Of a stretch of 64,000 nucleotides of DNA, positions 1 to 11,473 are shown piece after piece (the first letter of the stretch is position 1; every line of letters begins with the position of its first letter). The DNA is from Cyanophora paradoxa CCMP329. Its lineage: Eukaryota > Plantae > Glaucophyta. The notes under the pieces were generated by a model, which was given only the letters and a program-made list of their open reading frames with translations, made no database searches and was not told the origin of the DNA. Made by a program: the position numbers and the translations under genes. The stretch covers positions 62,001 to 126,000 of the forward strand of contig QPMI01000632.1 in the NCBI GenBank assembly GCA_004431415.1, written 5' to 3'.

Positions 1-397
1 TTGGCTCGTGGCTGGAGGCGGCCTCCCCCCCCCCTCGATCTCCCGAACTCGGCTATAATGGACGGCGCGCGCGCGTGCGCGTCGTACGCGTCCACCGTCA
101 AGCTCCTGGCTTTTTGATAATGAAGAATTCGAATGGATTCAATGATTGATAATTAATCGACAGAGTGAGAGCTGCGTATATATACATACGCCGACATCGC
201 GGTCGAGCACAGCAGGCCAGGCGGGATATTTACACGATGCCTGCATTTGGCAGGCGTGCGCGAGGCGCCGGCGGACTTGCGATCGGGGATCCGGAAGAGC
301 TCTCTTGCGTGGTCGTCGCTTAGACGCACTGGTTGCCAGGCGCGTTGAGGCAGCCGCCTGGTGAGACGCGGGCGTTAGCTTCGATCGCAATTCAGTT

Positions 398-2632
398 CTA
401 GGGCGTGGCGTGAGTGCGGACCCTCGCCGTTCGGCTTCTTGCAGCAGAATTGCGTCTCCTGCAAGTTAACCCGTCGAAGAACGGACGGGCATCAGTGGAG
501 GACACGTTCGAGAGAGACAATGCATATTTAAGAAGAAAGAAAGAATTCGAAACGCGCCTTGCAGCAGCCGGACTGCTCGAAGCCCGGCGGGCCAAGGCCG
601 GTCCCCGAGCCCGGCTCGCAGCAGACCCAGTTCTGGTTGTCTGCGGCGCCCCCGCCGGGGCTCGTCCGGGTCAGCATTATTGATTCATATATATTGCAAC
701 GAGCCTCGGAGGTGCACGCACGCGGGCACTCCTGGTTCAGCGCGGTGCACTGCACATTCGGCTCCTTGCACCTGTACACATCCGTGCGTTAGGTCGATAT
801 CGATGTCGATTAAATATATATTGGTTAAATATTCAATGGCCATAGACAAATGCGAGGCTTCGAAATCAACGAGGGTGCGCACACGCCGTTGTCGCAGGTC
901 TGGGAGGAGGAGCAGCACGTGGAGCCGCAGCACTTGCCGGTGGGGCAGCACGACGCGGAGGTCCCCGAGCCGCAGCACTCCGTGCCCGAGCCGCAAATCT
1001 GACCGTTGCACAGCGGCTTGCACCTGCGCGCGCAGTGAATCCCTCGCGGCTTGCACAGCGAAACAAATTAAATGTGGATTTGACAGGTAGCGCGCGCGCG
1101 CGCGCGCTAATCAAGACGTCGACATTCGACGATGATATATTATAATTAATATAACGGCGAAATTCGCGCACACGCCGTTGTCGCAGTACTCGGTGTCGCT
1201 GCAGCACGAAGTGCCGCAGCACTTGGTCTTGAGGCAGACGCCGGTGCCGCAGCACGTGTAGTCGCTGGGGTTCGCTCCGGAGGGGACGTCGCGGCAGTCG
1301 TTTCCGCCGCAGCAGAGGCTTGTGGCCTTGTTGCAGCAGCCGTCCGTCCCACAGCAGTCCTCGCCCTCGGTGCAGCAACGAGCCGGATCCTCGCCCTGCG
1401 CGCATTCGATCAACGATCGCGATACCGATGTCATGCTGAGCTTGTCTCGATGTAGATCGGAATATATTATTATAATATCTTATGGTTATAACTAGAAACC
1501 GGGACGCACCGGGCAGCACTTGCCGGGGGTACAGCAGAGGTTCGTCCCGGCGCAGCACTCCTGGCTCGATTCGCAGCAGTTGTCCTGCGCACATATATAT
1601 CAAATATTCAAGAAGAAGAACATCGATACCTTAATTTCATGGTTGATCAGAACCGCACCTTGCAGCAAGTCTTGCCTGCAATCACGAGCACACAATTCGT
1701 TAGGCGCCGGCCGCAAATACAGAATATTATAATTAATTCGAGCTCGAGTGCGCAATTGCCACACCTGTCTCGCAGCACGTCTCCGGGCAGCATTGCGGCT
1801 TTGCTGAGTGAATGAATTTGAAGTTCGTGATCAGTAAGAGTTCACGTTGGCACGGGAAACCAAATTAAAGTCGAGCACCGCTCGGGCAGCAGCCCTTCTG
1901 GCCCGCGACTCCCTCGGTGCTGAGGCAGCACTCCTCCGTCGCCTGGCAGCAGCCGAGCACGCCTTCGTTTTGCTGGCAGCACTTCGCAGCTGCGCATTGC
2001 CGTTACACGTCAGAATGGAAGAATTCGAAGAAACATCAATACGGCATGGAAATGAATCGAGCGCACAGTCGGCGCAGCAGTGCCCGCTCGTGATCCCTTG
2101 GCTTTGGCCGCAGCACTTGCCTTGGGACGCGAGATCTGCTCGCGTGCACATCAAATCGATTATATATATTCTAAGTAATATTATTGAGCGGATTGAAGGC
2201 ACGCGGTTTATATTTAAGTATTCAAATTTTACGAAGATCAAATTAAACGCACTGTGGCAGCAGTCGCCGCACTCCCCATTGGTCCCCATGCACATGAAGT
2301 TGGAGTTCGCTGCGCCCGAGCACGATATCGATTCAATCAGAAAAAGATTTGATCAGAGAGGAGCGGGCCGGGTCACTCATGCGCACGCGGGCAGCACCAG
2401 TTGGGGAAGCCGAGGCTTCGTCCACCAGTTCCGCAGCACGCGAGGTTCCGTCCCGTGTTTCCGAATGCTGCGAAGAAATGAGTGTGGCGTACGCGTGGCT
2501 ATGGCGCGCGGGGCGTGGACGCGCACAGCTGCAAGCTTCGCAGCTCGTCCCTGGCCCCTGCGCTGTGACCGTCGCGAGGACGGCCACGGCGAAGGCGGCG
2601 AGGAGGAGTTTCTTCGCGATGATCGACGTCAT
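398..2632 (-). CDS. Secreted cysteine-rich (CC-repeat) protein, multi-exon
   Basis: ATG at 2632 gives MTSIIAKKLLLAAFAVAVLATVTAQ (signal peptide), followed by a GTGCG donor. Short exons are rich in CC/CxxxCC (CCGTGVCLKTKCCGTSCCSDTEYCDNGVCA; CCGSTCCSSQTCDNGVCA) and are separated by AT-richer introns. The 3' end is approximate. Confidence 0.75.
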
Positions 2633-3148
2633 TTCGGCTGCGCGCGCGCGTGGAACGACAGTCAGAAATTAAAGCACACGTCGCTATAACTTCGACATCG
2701 ATATCCTAGACGCTGGCGCCGGCCCGCGAAACTTTCGTTCTCCGCGCGCGGCCCGCGAAACTTTCGTTCCTCGCGCGCGAGAGCGAAATTTATGCGTGGC
2801 GCGCGACGTCTAAGCGCGCGCACGCGTCGTTGCGCTGCGAAGGGGACGGGAAAGCGCGCCGCCCCTTCGGCAGCTAGATCGAATCTAGATTTCGCGCGCG
2901 CCGAGACATCTAGAGATCTAGACGGCGCGTCGTAATTCGTGCGCGTCGAGCTCGAGCATGCACTTGTCAGCGAGCGCGTGAGGAATTCGAAGGCGCACCG
3001 GTACCGGCGTGAAGGAGTTCGAAGAAGGAATGTGAAGGTGAAGTTCGCGCTTGCTGGTTGCCTTTGCCTGGCGAAAAAAATGTTGGGCCGAATAAGCTCG
3101 AGAGCTCGAGGTGCGCACGTTGGGCCGAATGAGCTAGAGGCAAATTTA

Positions 3149-3202
3149 CTAGTGGCCCGGCCGCGATTTTCGCGCCGGGGGGGCAAGGGGGGAACCGGGA
3201 TC
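3149..3202 (-). mobile_element. Helitron-like 3' terminus
   Basis: Minus strand reads CCCGGCGCG-AAAAT-CGCGGCCGGG hairpin, then CCA-CTAG followed by T. A homologous ~54-bp copy lies at 63851-63903. Confidence 0.55.
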
Positions 3203-3306
3203 TAATGAACTCGGAAAGAGTCCTAGTGGCGGGAATCGAGTTATCCGGCCCCGGGCCCGGCCGCGGATCCGGCCGGAGATCTAGCTAGCATCAGATGCTT
3301 CATCGA

Positions 3307-4187
3307 TGTTAGTTAGGAGCACTGGCCCCCTCCACCTTCCAGTTCCTCGTGTATTCCATGCCTTCCCTGTACCTTTGATTCCGTTCCCTTTGTCGTTAGC
3401 TCTGCCTCTTCCTCCTCCATCTCTCACTGTTAGCCCTCAGGCAGTTCCGCCTCTTTATCTTCAGCGACCGTCAGACCGTATAGTTTTTGGCAGCGAGTAT
3501 TTTGTGTATGGTGACGTTCCTCGTGTGTACCCTTCTCTCTCTTCTACTTCGCTATATTTGCCTCTCCCGCCTGGTTCAGCCCCATCGTCTGCCTTCCCTG
3601 TCACTACTGGCTTGCGTTTCGCCCTCCTCTTATACTGCCGATTCCGAGTCTGCACCCGAGCTCTGCCCCTTTCCTCGTGTCGTCCCCAGTTCCTCAGATT
3701 AGTCTTCAGCCGTCCATTGTTTTACCAACTCTACAATCTCGATTCCGTTTAGACACTCCGCCAGCTTCGACTTTCCCCTCTAGTGGTGTCCTACGTTTCG
3801 CCTCTCCTACTGTTCTACCGCCTTTGCCTCCTGCGACTACGTCTTCTAGTTCTGCTGTTAGCTCTGTCTTGTCGTCTTCGTCTAGATCTTCGTCTTCGAC
3901 TGTAGTTCCTCGTGCTCGTTCTCCTTATTTGCTGCGTCCCGTGCTCCTCGTCGTTCTAGTGTGACTAGTACTTCTGCATCGACGCCCTTGAGCTCTTCTA
4001 CTCCTTCTCCTCGTGCTCGTTCTCCTTATCTTTTGCGTTCTTCTGATCGTGTCCTTTCTCGTGATCCCTCTTGATTCTGTATATATTTTGTGCTAGTTTA
4101 CTGTATCTTTGATTTGTGATTGCTTTGTTGTCTTTAATATCACTACCTACGGGGGGTTCGCCCCACCGTAGTCTCTCAAAAAAAAAA
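3307..4187 (+). mobile_element. Putative poly(A)-tailed retroelement fragment (LINE/SINE-like 3' region)
   Basis: A strongly C/T-skewed block unlike its flanks. It ends in the hairpin CTACGGGGGG-TTCG-CCCCACCGTAG (4147-4171) and A10 (4178-4187). No TSD was found and the left boundary is uncertain. Confidence 0.35.
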
Positions 4188-4864
4188 TATAGCTATATAT
4201 ATAGCTAAAGATGTTCGAATTCATGTAGATCTAGATCTATATATAGTTATAGAGGGATCGAGCTCGAGCTCGAGGATCTCGCATATATATAGGCGCCGGA
4301 GGCGTACGCATATATACCTGGTCAGCGAGCTTCAATATCGAGCTCGCTGATCATGATATCGACAGCGACGACGGCGAATATGCATATGCGCATGCGTAGC
4401 TATGTATGATCGCCCGAAGGCCAGCATGCGCACAGCAGCCGCTGAGCTACGCATCATGCATGCAAGAATCTGGACATGTGTACTGGACATGATACGTACT
4501 ACGGTATAAGGACAAGCTTTAGGTTCAGCTCATTGATCGACGATCGCGACAGGATTCGGGTCGCAAGAAGCTGCGTCCTACGAACTGCGTCCTACGAACC
4601 CCCAAAAATGCGCAGACAAATCGAAGCGCACTGCGGCATCTACAGCGACAGACTAACTGAATAACTTACTATTTGCGCACGTATGCACGTATAGGGTTCT
4701 AATAAATCTGATCATGAATGAAAGGAAACGATTTGTGCAAGCGACACTCAAGTAGAAACTGCCACGCAAATGAATGAATGAATCGAAGCGACATGATGCG
4801 AATGAAAAGAACTACATGACTGAACGCTGACCTACGCCGGCTAAACAAGCTCGCAGCCTCGCGA

Positions 4865-7800
4865 TCACAGATTGAGTGACGCCTCCGCCCGGGGCGGCCC
4901 CTCGGCCTGGGCGGCGCCGGCGGGCGACGAAGGGAGGACGAGGAGGGCGCCGGAGCCGGAGCCGACCGCGGGCGGCGCCGGCTCGAAGCGGAAGGCAGGC
5001 CCCGCGCAGCTCGCCACCGTCGGCGTGACCTGCCGCGGCCGGCAGGACGGTATCAGGGTCGGGAGAGAAAGAAGAAATAAAGACGCGAGCGAGCGCACGT
5101 GGATCCGGTTGGGGACCCCCGTGCTCTCCATCTCCTGCGCGTCTGACGCCCCTCTGCGTGAGGCGGGGCCGGGTGGAGGCGGCGGAGGGGCGGGGCGGCG
5201 GGGGGTACCGTTGACGGCGGGGCCGAGGAGCTCCCAGGTCCACTGGCGTACCCCGATGACGGCGCCGCGGGCGGGGCCCAGCCCCACGCCGAAGCGGACG
5301 GGTACGGCCTCCTTCACCCAGCGCTCGCTGAGCTGCGCCAGACGGGACGAGGCGGGCGGCTCGAGGCGCGAGGCGAGGGCCGCCGCCGCTGCTGTCGTCT
5401 CCGCGGCGTCGGCCGCGGGGCCGGAGCCCGAGCCGCGGCGGACGGCGAGGGCGGTGCGGGCGTAGAGGGCCAGCATCTCCTCGGCGGCCCGCAGGAGGGC
5501 GCCCACCTCGCGCCGGCCCGCCGGTGACTCCAGCCCGATCGCCCCGACCCAAGCGTCTGCGCCCCCGAGCGCCTCAGCAAGCGCGGGGGCGAAAAGACGG
5601 GGCGGGCGGAGGGCGGACCGCCGGCGGTGCGGAGGGTCTGGACGCCGTGCCGCTCGGCGATGTCGTCGCAGCCGGCAAAGAGCGCGTCTGGACGGAGAGG
5701 AAGGGCCGTTGGAGGCGGTGCGGGCGCACGACGGGCGAGGGCGGAGGCGCGTGCGCACTGAGGGCGGAGACGAGGTGGTGCGGGTCGGTGCGGCTGGTGA
5801 GCGCCGAGAAGCCGACGATGTCGCTCTGCAGCACCGCCACGCTCTCGTACTCCGCCCACGCCGCCGCGCTGCGGTCCGATCGGCACGACGTCGCGACAGG
5901 AAAGCGCGTGTACAAGTCGCACTCTGGTAGGCCTGCGGAAGGCCACTCGCCGAGGCCGCCGGCGCGGGGCAGGCGGCGGAGGACGGCGCGCGGGAGGCAG
6001 AGGGCGAGCATCGCGCGCGCGTCGCCCTCCGCCTCCGCCGCCTTGGCCGCCTCGCGCCGGCCGCGCGCCTGGAGCGCGAAGGAGCGGCGCGACTCGGCCT
6101 CGCGGAGGTAGCCCGTGGCGCCGGCCGCGAGCGAGAAGAGGGCGAGCCAGACGGGTACGACGTCCGCCGCCCGCGTCTCGTTGAAGAACGTGCAGGCAGA
6201 CCTAGGCAAGGGAACGTCAAACGCGGACTAAGCGTTAGAGAACGGATGAGAGCCTCGAGCGCGCACGAGGCGACGAGGACGGCGGCCCAGAGGGCGGCGT
6301 GGGCGAAGGGAAGGATGCCGAGGGCCGTCACGCAGACGAGCGAGAAGACAGCGTCCGCGTCCACCAGCTGGAGCTGCAGTCAGGCCTCTATCCTAGACCT
6401 AGAACCCCTAGGAGGGCGGGCACCGAGAGGGCGGAGTAGGGGGCCAGCCTGGCCGGCTCCGTGTGCTCGATCACGAGGTCCCGCGCGTACCTGAGTGCAT
6501 GGAATGAGCGGAGGCGTCAGTGCCGAAGAGGGCGGGGGCGGTCCAAGCGCAGGCAGGCAGGCACCGAACTACGGGCCCCGCGGCGGCGGAGGCGGCGACG
6601 AGGTGAAGCGCGGCGCTGCGGAGGCGGCGGGCGCGCCGCTCTCCGGGGGCGCCGGCGCCGGCGTCCCGCCGCGCGGCGGCGAGGAGGGCGAGGGCGGCGG
6701 TGAAGACGAGGGCGTAGGCGCCGCGCGCCCCGTACTCGACGAGGGTGCCGTCGGCGAGGGGGCTCTCGGCGAGGCCGCCGGCGACGTGGCGGAGGGCGGG
6801 GAAGAGCAGCAGGTGGAGGCAGCCCCAGGCGGCGAGGGCGCGCAGGCCGCCGTCCACCCCGCCGTCCGCCGCCCGCTCGTACGCAGCCTGGGGGGCCTTA
6901 GGTCAGCCCGAATGCGATCCCAGGCTTTAGCTCGAGATAAAAGGGCTCATGCAGCGCACCTCGTCGTCTTCGTCCGCGAAGGAAAGGCGCCACCAGCGGC
7001 GGCCCCCGGCCGCGGCGAGGCGCGCGCCGCGGCCCGAGGGGTCCGACCCCCTCCGCCGCGACCGCACGAGCTGCGGCGCGGGGCGGCGTCAGGGCCGCAG
7101 AGAGGCGGGGCGGGGAGCAAGGGTCGGCCCGGCAGGGCGCACGCGGAAGAAGGAACGCGTGCGGGCGTGGAGCCCCGGGGCCCGCAGGGCCTTCTCGCTC
7201 CCCGCGGGGCTTCCCAGCGAGGTGGGCGCCGAGGAGGGCGCGAGGAGCGGGCTCCGCGCCGGCGGCGGCTCGTCGCGAGGGAGCGAGGAGCTCGTCGTGG
7301 TGCGCGAGTGGACGAGGAAGCGCGAGGCGGACCACTGACGGGGCAGGGGCGCCCGCCCCGAGGCCGGAGCCAGCGCGTGCCCCGAGGGCGGCGCCGAGGG
7401 CGCTTTCAAGGGCGCCGCGGAGGGCGGCGCCGAGGGGATCTTCAAGGGGGTTTGATCCTGGGGCAGGGGAGGGGGCACGGGCGCTCCGCGCTGGCTGCGC
7501 GGGCCGAGCTGGGGGCTCGAGTGGGCGCTCGGGGGGCCCGCCGGGGCCTGCGGGTGGCGGTGGGACGGGGCGGGGGAGGGGCTCGGGTGCGGGAGGCGGG
7601 CGAGGAGAAAGGCGGAGGGGGCGTAGGCGGGCTGGGCGCTGGAGGGCGTGAGGCTGTGGCGGCGGGCCCAGGGCCAGGCGGGGCTCTCCGCGCCGCCCCG
7701 GGCGCCCGGCACCGCAGCCGCCTCCACCGAGGCGACGGAGGAGCGCCGGCGGGAGCGGCCCGACGAGTCGTGCGGCCCGGCGGGGGGCGAGGCCAGGGCG

Positions 7801-10549
7801 AGGATGCCCCCGCCCTCCGCGGCGCGCGCCCGCTGCTGCAGCAGCAGCGCCCGCCCCGCGCTCTCCGTCGACCCTGCGCCGCGATGTCAGAGAGAAGAAG
7901 AGAGAGGGGGGGAATCGGGGGGAGGGGACGCGGGGGGATACCACGATGATCGGGGGCCAGCGAGTAGAGCGAAACGGTGTCGGCCGCGGAAGCGGCGACG
8001 GCAGCGGCGACGGGCGGGGGCTCGGCGGAGGGGCCTGGACCGTGCGGGGCCGATTCCAGCAGGGGGGATTCCAGCGCGCCGGGGGTACACGACGTCGCCG
8101 TCGGCTCCGAGTGCGCGTCGGCGTCGGTACCCCGCTCGACGAAGCACGTCGCGATGGGGCCGCGCCCCTTGACGAGGCAGGCGCGCGGGGCGGTGAAGCG
8201 AAGTGGGGGCGAGTCGTTCGCGGCGTGGCCCTGCGGAAGCGCGTTGAGAAAGGAGCGACCGCGCGGTCTGCGGTTCGCCCGGGCGCACCCGGATGACGTC
8301 ACGGGCCGAGACGGAGAGCTGCACGCGCCCCTCCTCCCCGTGCAGGCACATCCTGGCAGCCCGCCGTCGGCCGGGCGAGCGCGGACACGGGAGCGAGGGA
8401 CAGGCGCGGGCACCGCTGGGCGAGGTTGCAGGCGTCGCCGAAGACGTCGAAGGCGAGGCGGCAGCCGATAACGCCCGTGACGACGGCGCCCCTGCCGCGC
8501 CGTCAGCCGCGCTGAGCTGAGCTTCGCCGGGGGCGCACTCGTAGAGGCCGGCCTTGACGGAGAAGCCGAGGCCGCGGGCCGCCTGCACGGCCTCCAGGGC
8601 GAACGCCGCCGCCGCCTCCGTGTGGTGCAGCGCGTGGGCGGCGGGCATCGGGCGCGAGCCGCCCTCGTTCGCCCCGTCTTCGTCCTTCTCGTCCGCGCGG
8701 GGCGCCTCCTCCTCCTCCTCCTCGTCGAAGGAGACCCCGGCGACGCCCTGCGCGCCCGTCGTCAGCGGATGCCAACGCGCCGCCCCGCTGGCCTCTCCTC
8801 GCTCTGCTCGGCTCTGCCCCCGCCCCTCGCACCATGAAGGTCGTGCCCATCGACTTGATCTTGATGACGCCGTGCCGCTCCGCCAGCCCCTCCAGCGCCG
8901 CCATCAGCGCCTGCATCGGCCCGAACGCCGCGCTCCCGCTGAGCTTCCGCTGCGAGAGCCCCCCTGCCGCCGCCGGCTCCGCGCCCGGGCCCGGCGGCGC
9001 CTCGGGCTCTGGGGCCGGCGCCTCCGCCGAGACGAAGACGACGGTGGCGCTCTCGTGGAGGCGGTTGATGCGGCCCCACTCGTCCCGCTGCACAGCGTCG
9101 ATGACCTGCAGACCGGCCCGAGTCAGAGGGGCGCCAGGGAGGGCTAGTCGGGGCGCCGGCGCTGGCGGGCGCACGGATTCGGGTAGAAGGTTGTGAAGAG
9201 CGGCATTGGCGGCGGCGGCGTGCGCGACGGCACTCTCCCGCACGCGCTCGACCGTCTCTGTCAGAAGAAACGAACGCCGCGCCTCCGCCTCGTACCGCAC
9301 CGCTGCGCCCATCGCGCGCGTCGGAGAAGCGCGGCGGCGCGCCCTCGGGCGGAAGAAGCGAAGGAAGGGGGGTACGCCTCACCGGCGTGGATCACGAGGG
9401 CCGTGAGGTTCGCGAGGAGGACCTGGGGCGGGGCGTCGAGGTCAGAGGCGCCGACGCCGACGCGGGCGGGCCGCCCCTCGCCCGTCGCCCAGAAGCTAGG
9501 GCGCGCCTGTATGGACACGGCGACGAGGAGCCCCCGCCTGCGGAGCTCGGGCGGGGCGGTGGCGGCGCCGACGAAGTCCCCCGCGAGCGAGAGGGCGGCC
9601 AGGAAGGGCAGGACGCCCGTCGAGTACCGCAGCGGCACGTGCCCGAACAGGTACACCGCGATCGCCGTCGCCGGGGCCAGCTGGTCGTCTGCGGCCGCCT
9701 CCGCTGTGAGGCAGGTGCGGGGCGGGGCGGGCGGGGGCCGAGAGACGGGGCGGCCGGGGGGGGGGGGGGGGGGGGGCACAGTAGGGGGGGTACGACGCGA
9801 TCCAGTAGGGCCCGGAGGCCCGCCGCGCGCAGAAGAGGGCGTACGTCGTCAGAAGGCCCTGCCGAGGGGTACGTCGCCGACGGGCGGGGGTACCCGGTAG
9901 GTGGGGCCGGGCACCGTGAGGGTGAACGTGAAGGCGCGGCGTGGCCGCAGGCGCGCGTAGAAGGGCGTGAACGAAGCGGCGCACAGCAGCGCCATCCACC
10001 CGAGTATGGCGCTGGGGGCGGCGGGTCGGTCGGGGCGGACGAAAGGCGCGAAGGCGATGCGAGGGGCCCTCACCCGCGCAGGTACACGTCGGAATGCGTG
10101 CGGGAATCGGGGAACGACATGGCCCACCCGACTGCGCTCGGGGGCGGGTCAAGCGGGCACGGCGGTGCCGGCGGCGCGGCGCGTGCGGCGGCCGCGAGGG
10201 CGCACGGTCGCCGGCGGAGGCGAGGGCGCCGATGGCGAAGAGGATGCGGAAGCGGACGCGGCCGCGCTGCGCGTACTGCTCCTCGAACCGCCCCTCCCGC
10301 GCCCCGTCCGCGAACCTGCGCGCCGAGCGGGCCGGGCCGGGCCGTGAGCCGCGGCCAATCTGGCTCGGCGAGCGCAGGCCGCGGCGCGCACCGCAAGCGC
10401 CAGCCCCAAGTGCCGCCGCCGCGCAGGGAGGAGGCGAGGTCCGCCGTGGGCCCCGGGGCAGCTGTGTTCGGGGACTCATCGGGCGGAGGCCCGTCCCTGC
10501 CGAGCGGCGGCCCGCCCGCGCCAAGCGGCCTGACGCGAGCGAACTTCAT
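4865..10549 (-). CDS. Membrane class III nucleotide cyclase with two catalytic domains (probable adenylyl cyclase), copy 1
   Basis: Start MKFARVRP at 10549, then TM exons. Domain 1: LHESATVVFVS, HGVIKIKSMGTTFM, GVIGCRLAFDVFGDACNLAQRM. A second TM block follows. Domain 2: ESVAVLQSDIVGFSALTS, LRTAGDAWVG, GAVIGVRQWTWELLGPAVNDAQEMESTG. Stop at 4865. Many short introns. Confidence 0.85.
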
Positions 10550-11473
10550 CCTGCCGCAGGATCGGGGGCGCGGTCCGGGATCCCGCAAGGGGGGGACGGG
10601 ACCCCTAGATCCCTCCGACGCCAGATCTCATACGCATGCGGGCTGCCGCGCCGTTCGATCAAGATACAGCAGCGTGTGTACGTCGCAGCGAATGTAAGAA
10701 TGCAAACCCATGCCAATGCTTCGCCCGCCTGGCTGATGGAAAGGGACGTATGCGCTGAACCTCTGGCGCTCGGAGCTCGCTCGCTGTCTAGGAACGGGAC
10801 GTTGGCAGGTGGCGTCCCCTATCGGTAGGTCGCGGGAATCGTGGCTATAGCTTCAGGCTAAGCTGTGATTGCTGAGGGCCGGCGATTGAGCCGTGACTCA
10901 ATCAGTCCAGGGCGAGGTGCTGATTTGGGACGGATCGGCCGGGATTGCGTGCCTTCCTGCAACAGCGGCTGAACTGCCACCAACGCACAATGGCTGCACC
11001 TGACGGAGCGTCGACGGAGCTGCACATGCATGTACCCGTGCTACGCCCGATCATTCGAAAGCTGAGCTCACTTCGTTCATCACAGGCTCCACAGAGCAAC
11101 GCTAGGAGGCTCGTAGCAGCACACTCAACTGCCGAGGCCCGTGACGTTGAGGCGGAGCTGGGGGGTACAGCGTCGTCGCCTACCCCTGCAGGTCGTTGAT
11201 CGATATCAGCTGCAGGTTGCTCAGCATCAATGCTCAACATACGCAGCTGCTGCATATAGCAGCCGCTGAGCCCAGCTCATGATCATGATCAGCTGGCGTC
11301 TCCTTTGCAGTGGCAGGCGAATCCTTGGCATTGGTCTGCATCCTCACATTCGATGTATTGGATGCGCTCGGCTGTATCTTAATCCACCCGCGCGGCAGGT
11401 CGCTCATCGAGCTGAGGCCGACGTCGACGTCGACTCGCCCCGCGGCCGAACCCGATGCGCATGCGGCGGCGGG

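Noticed and set aside
6495-7949. 484-aa plus-strand Gly/Arg-rich ORF and similar ORFs over the cyclases
   Set aside because: They are antisense shadows of the cyclase gene.
10900-11260. Short ORFs in the spacer between the inverted cyclase copies
   Set aside because: No recognisable motif or consistent splice structure.
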